Of a DNA stretch of 64,000 bases, positions 58,334 through 64,000 are shown piece by piece. Both the position numbers and the translations under genes were made by a program. The stretch is from assembly GCF_026988555.1 (NCBI RefSeq), contig NZ_JALSLB010000059.1, positions 21,003 to 85,002 on the forward strand, given 5' to 3'. This DNA is from Thermococcus sp. (GTDB lineage: Archaea; Methanobacteriota_B; Thermococci; Thermococcales; Thermococcaceae). Under the pieces are notes generated by a model that did not search any database, had not been told where the DNA came from, and saw only the letters and a program-made list of their open reading frames with translations. How positions within the stretch are numbered: position 1 is the stretch's first letter; the number at the start of each line of letters is the position of its first letter.

Positions 58334-59821
58334 ATGAAGACCAAAGTCGCCATCATAGGCGCCGGAATAAGCGGCGCGAGTATAGCACGCGTTTTGAGCA
58401 AGTACGAGAACCTTGAGGTGCATCTAATAGAGAAGGCCCCCGATGTTGGCTGGGGCGTCAGCAAGGCAAACACCGCGTTAATCCACGGCGGTTACGACGA
58501 TGACCCGGAGAAGTACCCGACGAGGGCAAAGCTGTGCATAAGGGGAAATCGGCTCTGGCACCAGTGGGTCAAGGAACTTGAGATTCCGCACGTCTGGAAC
58601 GGTGCCCTGATAGTTGCGTTCAAGGATGAGGACTTTGATGAGCTTGAAAGGCTCTTGGAGCGCGGAAGGAAGAACGGCGTTCCCGAGATGAGAATCGTCG
58701 GTAAGGATGAACTCTTCCACCTCGAGCCTAACCTCACCAAGGACGCGATTGGAGCGCTGTGGGTTCCAATAGTGGGGCAGATTGGACCGATTCCGGCGGT
58801 TATTGCGATAACCGAGAACGCGGTCGCTAACGGAGTCAAGACCCACCTTGAGACCGAGGTCACAGGCATAAAGGTTGAGAACGGTGAGGTCAGGGGGGTT
58901 AAGACCGGTGATGGCTTCCTCGAGGCAGATATAGTGATCAACGCCGCTGGACTTTACGCGGACGAGATAGCAAGAATGGCGGGTATAGACTACTTCGAGA
59001 TTCACCCAAGGAAGGGTGAATACTGGTTGTTCGACGATGATGTCCAGGGACCAAGGAGAGTTCTCTTCCCGACGCCTACGCCAGTGAGCAAGGGAATCGT
59101 CGTCACCAGCGAGGTCAGCGGGCACCTCATGATAGGACCGAACGCTCAGGACCTACCACCGGAGGAAAAAGGGAACCTGGCCACAACGGAGGAGGGTCTC
59201 GAAAAGGTATGGGAAGGAGCCAAGAGGCTCTGGCCTCAGCTACCACCCCGGAGCAGGGTCATCAGAACATTTGCAGGTCTAAGGCCGGAGCCGACCGGAG
59301 GGGACTTTATAATCAGGGCCGAAGGGGAGGTTCAGGGCTTCATCAACGTCGCCGGAATACGCTCACCCGGACTTACGAGCGCCCCAGCTATAGCCTACGA
59401 GGTCGTCAAGATAATCCAGCGCGACCTCGGGGTAAAACTGGTCGAGAAATCCAAGTGGAACCCCCACAGGAAGGAAATTAACCACTTCTTCATGATGAGT
59501 CCTGAGGGGGTGAACGAGGCGGTAAAGAAGAGCCCTGCCCACGGAAAGATAGTGTGTCGCTGCAACTCGGTCAGTGAGGGAGACATCTTGGAGGCCATAG
59601 AGAGGATGAAATTCATCGGCGTGAAAACGCCGAGCGTTGATTCAGTGAAGTTCAGGACGAAAGCCACAACTGGAACGTGTCAGGGTAGCTTCTGCAGGCC
59701 CAAAATTGTACAGCTCCTGGGAAGGGAATACGGGGTCGAGCCATGGAGGGTTACGTTGAAAGGCAGAGGAAGCGAGATTGGCGTAGGAGACGTCAAGGTT
59801 CTCCTCAGGGGGGATGCCTGA
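58334..59821 (+). CDS. FAD-dependent glycerol-3-phosphate dehydrogenase (GlpA-like) with a BFD-like [2Fe-2S] domain
   Basis: Dinucleotide fold VAIIGAGISGASIA at the N-terminus. The C-terminal Cys pattern CRCNSVSEGD...TGTCQGSFC is BFD-like. RBS GGAGGGAG; TATA at about 58285. Confidence 0.85.
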   Translation: MKTKVAIIGAGISGASIARVLSKYENLEVHLIEKAPDVGWGVSKANTALIHGGYDDDPEKYPTRAKLCIRGNRLWHQWVKELEIPHVWNGALIVAFKDEDFDELERLLERGRKNGVPEMRIVGKDELFHLEPNLTKDAIGALWVPIVGQIGPIPAVIAITENAVANGVKTHLETEVTGIKVENGEVRGVKTGDGFLEADIVINAAGLYADEIARMAGIDYFEIHPRKGEYWLFDDDVQGPRRVLFPTPTPVSKGIVVTSEVSGHLMIGPNAQDLPPEEKGNLATTEEGLEKVWEGAKRLWPQLPPRSRVIRTFAGLRPEPTGGDFIIRAEGEVQGFINVAGIRSPGLTSAPAIAYEVVKIIQRDLGVKLVEKSKWNPHRKEINHFFMMSPEGVNEAVKKSPAHGKIVCRCNSVSEGDILEAIERMKFIGVKTPSVDSVKFRTKATTGTCQGSFCRPKIVQLLGREYGVEPWRVTLKGRGSEIGVGDVKVLLRGDA

Positions 59822-61080
59822 TGTTCCCGAGGATTCCGATGTTGAGCTACGACGTGGTTGTTGTCGGCGGTGGGCCGGCAGGGATGGCGGCCGCCGTGAA
59901 GGCAAAGGAACTCGGTTTAAGCGTCCTCCTGCTGGACGAGAATGACTACCTCGGCGGGATACTCCCCCAGTGTATCCACCCAGGTTTCGGCCTGCACTAT
60001 TACAGAGAGGAGCTAACAGGGCCCGAGTTTGCGGCGAGACTGGCGAAGAGGCTGGTTGAGGTGGGCGTCGAGTATAGAACGGCCGCGAGGGTCATTGAAA
60101 TCAAAAACTACTCGGACCGTGAAAAGGTCGTAGTCTTCACCTCCCCGAGCGGTGCCTACGGGATCTGGGCGAAGGCAGTAATCTACGCCGCCGGTGCCCG
60201 TGAGAGGCACGCCTTCGAGATTGGAATCGTCGGCGACAGAGTTTCGGGAATTTATACCGCCGGAGAGGCCCAGACACTCATGGACATCTACGGAATAATG
60301 CCGGGTAGGGAGATAGTCATCGTCGGTTCCGGCGACGTGGGCTTGATAATGGCGCGCCGGTTCGCCCTCGAAGGGGCAAAGGTGAAGGCGGTCGTTGAGC
60401 TGATGCCCTATCCTGGGGGACTGGCGAGAAACGTCATGATCCTCAGAGACTTCAACATTCCCCTCTACTTGGGCCACAAGGTCATGGAAGTTCGCGGAAG
60501 GGGCCGCGTTGAGAGAGTCAAGGTCGTGAAGGTTGACGAAAACCTCAAAGAGATTCCTGGAAGTGAGTTCTGGATCGAGGCCGACACCCTGGTGATCTCA
60601 GCTGGATTAGTGCCGAGTGTCAAGAAGCTTAAGAGAATAGGGGTCGAGATCGACCCTGCGACCGGTGGGCCGGTCGTGAACGAGAAATTGGAGACCAGCG
60701 TTCCGGGGATCTTCGTAGCGGGCAACTCTCTCGTTATCAACGACCTCGTGGACTACGTTGCGGAGCAGGGTGAACTGGCCGCAAGAAGTGCAAAGGAATT
60801 CATCGATGGGGGAGGAACCGAGAGCAGAAGGTGGGTGAAGGTTGAGAAGGGCGAGAACGTCCGGCTGGTTGTTCCCCATTATCTGAGCGGTGACCGCGAT
60901 GTTTACCTGTATCTTAGGGTTTCGAGACCGATGGAGGACGTCGAAGTGAGGATTCCCGAGGTGGGAAAGAAACTTCGCCTGCCTGTTGTCAAGCCTGCCG
61001 AGATGGTGAGGGTGAAACTCCGGGCTGAGGAGATACGAAAAGAGGGGAAAAAGCTCACGGTGGAGGTGATCAGGGCATGA
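59821..61080 (+). CDS. Pyridine nucleotide-disulfide / FAD-dependent oxidoreductase (NOX-like subunit of the G3P dehydrogenase complex)
   Basis: Its ATG overlaps the upstream stop (TGATG). Two Rossmann motifs are present: VVVVGGGPAGMAAA and IVIVGSGDVGLIMA. Confidence 0.8.
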   Translation: MFPRIPMLSYDVVVVGGGPAGMAAAVKAKELGLSVLLLDENDYLGGILPQCIHPGFGLHYYREELTGPEFAARLAKRLVEVGVEYRTAARVIEIKNYSDREKVVVFTSPSGAYGIWAKAVIYAAGARERHAFEIGIVGDRVSGIYTAGEAQTLMDIYGIMPGREIVIVGSGDVGLIMARRFALEGAKVKAVVELMPYPGGLARNVMILRDFNIPLYLGHKVMEVRGRGRVERVKVVKVDENLKEIPGSEFWIEADTLVISAGLVPSVKKLKRIGVEIDPATGGPVVNEKLETSVPGIFVAGNSLVINDLVDYVAEQGELAARSAKEFIDGGGTESRRWVKVEKGENVRLVVPHYLSGDRDVYLYLRVSRPMEDVEVRIPEVGKKLRLPVVKPAEMVRVKLRAEEIRKEGKKLTVEVIRA

Positions 61081-61424
61081 CAACTTACCGCTTCACATGC
61101 ATCGTCTGCCCCCTCGGCTGTTCTATAGAGGTGGACGTGGAAAAGGGTAGGGTGAAGGATGTCAAAGGATGTACATGTCCAAGGGGGGCAGAGTGGGCGG
61201 TTCAAGAGGTCACCAACCCCCAACGCATCGTCATGAGCGTCGTTCCCGTCGATAATGGTGCCCTACCCACGGTAAGCGTCAAGACGGAGAAGCCCGTTTC
61301 TAAGGACAGGATTCCCGAGCTTATGGAGTTCCTGGCGGAACTGCGACTGGAGGCGCCCGTGAATATAGGAGACACTGTGGCCGAATGGGAAGGGGTAAAA
61401 ATAGTGGCGACGAGGGGTGCCTAA
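61077..61424 (+). CDS. DUF1667-domain Cys-rich protein (third subunit of the G3P dehydrogenase complex)
   Basis: 115 aa with an ATGA overlap to the upstream gene. The CIVCPLGCSIEV...GCTCPRG Cys pattern is typical of DUF1667 as I recall it. Confidence 0.8.
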   Translation: MTTYRFTCIVCPLGCSIEVDVEKGRVKDVKGCTCPRGAEWAVQEVTNPQRIVMSVVPVDNGALPTVSVKTEKPVSKDRIPELMEFLAELRLEAPVNIGDTVAEWEGVKIVATRGA

Positions 61425-61428
61425 CCCC

Positions 61429-62232
61429 TCACCAGAAGATATCTTCGAAGTTCCCAGCACTTTTTATTTCCTTCGGGGATTTTATATTGACCTCTCCGTT
61501 CACATCGGTGAGCGCCGTGGATTGATGGATGGTTAAGTGCGCCACGACAGTTTCTCCGGGGGAGAATCCGAGCGTCATGGTGAGGTCCATGTACACCTCA
61601 ATGAAAGTCGGGGTCCCATCTTTCCGAAGATGAACCTCCACCCACCCGGAGTTTGTGGTCACGTTTATCCTGTCGGAGGCCGAACCCCAGGTCTCGTTTA
61701 GATACCCAGTCTGATTGGTTGCGTTTATGAATTCCCAGAACGTAACGTTGACGCGGAAAGCGTAACCGTCAGCCAGCTTTTTGATGGTCACGTTCTTGCT
61801 CCTGAGGAGGTTTTCAATGTAGTTCACGTTGAGGGAGCCCTTGGCCTGCCTGTAGAGGTCATCGTTACGGGGAACGTTATACCATTTCCCATCGACCTTG
61901 AAATATGCGCTGGTGCCGTTGATGAAGTAGGGCCAGTTCACGTTGATGTTCATTCCCATGGTGTGCATCTTGAGGCTTATGTTGCCCGCCTCAATGCCGG
62001 CGCTCTTGTTGAATGCCCCAACTGCTCGGCCGGACATCGTCATGTTAACAGTCCTGTTCGTTGAAGGATCCGTGAAGTACATGCTCATAGAAAAGTTCTG
62101 ATCGTATCTGGCAGTTTCAATGTTTCCCAGGGCCGTTAGGACTTTCTCCTTCGTTAGCCCAACACCGTTTCCTATACATCCACTCGCCGCGATCACAATG
62201 CCTAGCAGGAAAAGTGCTATCAGCTTCTTCAT
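61429..62232 (-). CDS. Lipoprotein of unknown function, densely N-glycosylation-sequon-rich
   Basis: Signal peptide plus lipobox MKKLIALFLLGIVIAASGC. I count about 12 N-x-S/T sequons in 267 aa. The sequence looks beta-rich. Confidence 0.7.
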   Translation of the reverse strand: MKKLIALFLLGIVIAASGCIGNGVGLTKEKVLTALGNIETARYDQNFSMSMYFTDPSTNRTVNMTMSGRAVGAFNKSAGIEAGNISLKMHTMGMNINVNWPYFINGTSAYFKVDGKWYNVPRNDDLYRQAKGSLNVNYIENLLRSKNVTIKKLADGYAFRVNVTFWEFINATNQTGYLNETWGSASDRINVTTNSGWVEVHLRKDGTPTFIEVYMDLTMTLGFSPGETVVAHLTIHQSTALTDVNGEVNIKSPKEIKSAGNFEDIFW

Positions 62233-62337
62233 GGCACTACCCCCAATAGTTTCACAAAAAGAATCACAGCCTCGCCTTAAATACTTTTTCTATTCAAATT
62301 TTGCATACTATCAAACAAAGTTAGCAAAAAATGGATA

Positions 62338-62553
62338 TTACAACCCTCCAAATTTCTGAAGGAGTATGCGAAGGTCCGTCCTAAGGGGCTCGCTGGCTTT
62401 CTTAATCTCTTCCTCAAGGAGGGTGAGGAATTCTCCCTCATCCGCGGCTTTGTCCCAAATACCTCTAACGAGCTTTTCCACCTCCTCGTAGTACTCTAGA
62501 TAAGGCCTCGCCTCAAATAGGGCATTTTTCAGCTTTTCATTCACGTCCACCAC
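62338..62553 (-). CDS. Small acidic helical protein
   Basis: 71 aa. Its start overlaps the 3' end of the PrsW-like gene by 17 nt on the same strand. Confidence 0.5.
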   Translation of the reverse strand: MVDVNEKLKNALFEARPYLEYYEEVEKLVRGIWDKAADEGEFLTLLEEEIKKASEPLRTDLRILLQKFGGL

Positions 62554-63244
62554 CCCTCATCCAGTAGTACCAGAACTTCATGGCATCCTCTTCAAGACCC
62601 ACTATCATTAAATACCTGATTATCGCCACATTTATGAGCAACAGGAGAATCAGGAGAATGTTATACGCGGGTATCGCATAGCTCAGGAAAGCAAAGTAGT
62701 CCCACATAAAGTGAAGAACAATAGCCATGAGAAAAAATGAACCCAGATTAACTTGTTTCCCTTCAGCCTTCAGCCCGTAGCCAACGCCGATAACCGCGGT
62801 CCATGCAGCGTGGGCAAAGGGTGTTAAAAACGCCCGCATTATGGTGACGTGAACCCCGTAACCCAGTCCGTATAGAAAGTTCTCGGTCGCGGCAAACCCG
62901 AGGCCTGCGGCAGCGCCGTAAACCAGACCATCCATTATACCGTCCATTTGCCCCATCCTAAAGGGCAGACGAATGGCGAGGGCCTTGGCAGGTTCCTCTA
63001 CAACACCAGCAATCAGTGCAACGTAGAACGCGCTCACAGGGAGAAGCGGCCTGAGTGTACCTCCGAGGGTCAGCACACTCTCCACCAGATAAGCTACTCC
63101 AGCCGAGAGCGTAGCACCCAGTAGGAAGGTCCCTATGACGTATCTCTTCGGCTCCGGTTCGAAGCGGTCCTCATGATAGAAGTACCACAGGAGTGCCAGT
63201 GCCGGCCCGTAAGCGAAGAACACGAGTGCACTGAGTACGTTCAT
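62537..63244 (-). CDS. PrsW-family intramembrane metalloprotease-like protein
   Basis: About 235 aa from the ATG at 63244, polytopic. It carries the EExxK-type motif (GVVEEPAKALA) and later His-containing helices (FAHAAWTAVIG; HFMWD). Confidence 0.7.
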   Translation of the reverse strand: MNVLSALVFFAYGPALALLWYFYHEDRFEPEPKRYVIGTFLLGATLSAGVAYLVESVLTLGGTLRPLLPVSAFYVALIAGVVEEPAKALAIRLPFRMGQMDGIMDGLVYGAAAGLGFAATENFLYGLGYGVHVTIMRAFLTPFAHAAWTAVIGVGYGLKAEGKQVNLGSFFLMAIVLHFMWDYFAFLSYAIPAYNILLILLLLINVAIIRYLMIVGLEEDAMKFWYYWMRGGGRE

Positions 63245-63308
63245 ATCCTCACCACCGAACATACGCCCTCAGGGTTTAAAGCTTAACTCATCATAAAAAG
63301 TTCCCCAT

Positions 63309-63983
63309 TCAGGCCCTCTCCATTTTGATCCTCTCAATAACATCAAGGATGCTCCATAGGTCCCGTATCACGTGCAGATGCGGGATCAGTGCTAGGTGCT
63401 CCCGCTTCTTCTCTATGAACCTCGCCGTGAACGGGAAGTAATACCAGACATACTCGGTGTTCCCATCACCGTGCCCGATGAAGCGCCAGGGCTTGTCGTC
63501 CACCCATACAAAAGTCTCGTCCCCATACCTCTCCCGGACGGCATTGAAGGCCTCATCAAGTGTTATCCCGTGACCAAAGACCACCACGTCATCGAAGAGA
63601 TCGTAGACCCCCATCTCCCTCAACCTTCTGATCTTCATGCCCTCTATGAAGTCCTCCGCCGAGAATGAGATGACCGTGTGGCCCTCCTCCTTGAGCTTTC
63701 TGAGCAGTGCGGGAGCGTCGTCTATCGGCCTCGTCAGCTTCGTCCTCTCCTCGAACCAAGTCTCAAAGAACTTCGTCCTGAGAAAGAACGGTGGCTTTGA
63801 CCTCCCCCTGTGGCTCCCAAATGCGGGCCTCTCAAACTGGAGCTCTATTCCGGTTAGCATCTTCGCCCACAGGCCCTTACCTGGGAGCCAGCGGGAGCGT
63901 CTCTGAAGAGCACGCTTAAAGGCCTCCTCGATGCACCAGTAGGTATCCGCTATCGTTCCATCGAAATCGAACGCTATTATCAC
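63309..63983 (-). CDS. HAD-superfamily hydrolase
   Basis: 224 aa with a GTG start after GGGGGTGG. HAD motif I is IIAFDFDGTIADT, and a late acidic motif is VWVDDKP. Confidence 0.8.
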   Translation of the reverse strand: MIIAFDFDGTIADTYWCIEEAFKRALQRRSRWLPGKGLWAKMLTGIELQFERPAFGSHRGRSKPPFFLRTKFFETWFEERTKLTRPIDDAPALLRKLKEEGHTVISFSAEDFIEGMKIRRLREMGVYDLFDDVVVFGHGITLDEAFNAVRERYGDETFVWVDDKPWRFIGHGDGNTEYVWYYFPFTARFIEKKREHLALIPHLHVIRDLWSILDVIERIKMERA

Positions 63984-64000
63984 CTTGAACCACCCCCAAA

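Overview
This 64 kb window looks like core chromosome of a Thermococcus-like hyperthermophilic euryarchaeon (Thermococcales). Supporting signs are GGTG/GGAGGTG ribosome-binding sites, BRE/TATA boxes about 25-27 nt upstream of the RNA genes, an archaeal histone, Hjc, archaeal DnaG, and a Spt5-L11-L1-P0-P1 block. From memory, the order glycerol cluster / PEP carboxykinase / maltodextrin phosphorylase / histone / ribosomal stalk operon resembles T. kodakarensis; this was not checked. I support about 75 protein genes, four tRNAs that all encode CCA (Ser-CGA, Pro-UGG, Thr-GGU, Arg-UCG), two candidate C/D box sRNAs and one gene relic. I found no CRISPR array, transposase, integrase or recognisable defence island. 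Most ORF-track starts that carry N-terminal extensions were trimmed to an internal ATG preceded by an RBS. The observations most worth a second look are: (1) a four-CBS protein whose C-terminal ~120 aa looks like a bacterial HPF/RaiA ribosome-hibernation domain; (2) a divergent pair of C/D box sRNAs with exact 12-nt guide spacers, flanking one near-palindromic TATA element, one of them with a compensatory C-box/D-box change; (3) a low-GC, atypical-codon segment encoding an orphan Asn/Tyr-rich secreted protein, next to a 5'-truncated DUF2334-like gene; (4) an archaemetzincin relic in an otherwise empty 320 bp gap; (5) a TrkH gene translationally coupled to an orphan ABC ATPase; (6) a UppP/BacA-like protein and a phosphohexomutase-like protein that both lack canonical catalytic residues. 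All family assignments come from motif recognition by eye and need HMM or structure confirmation.
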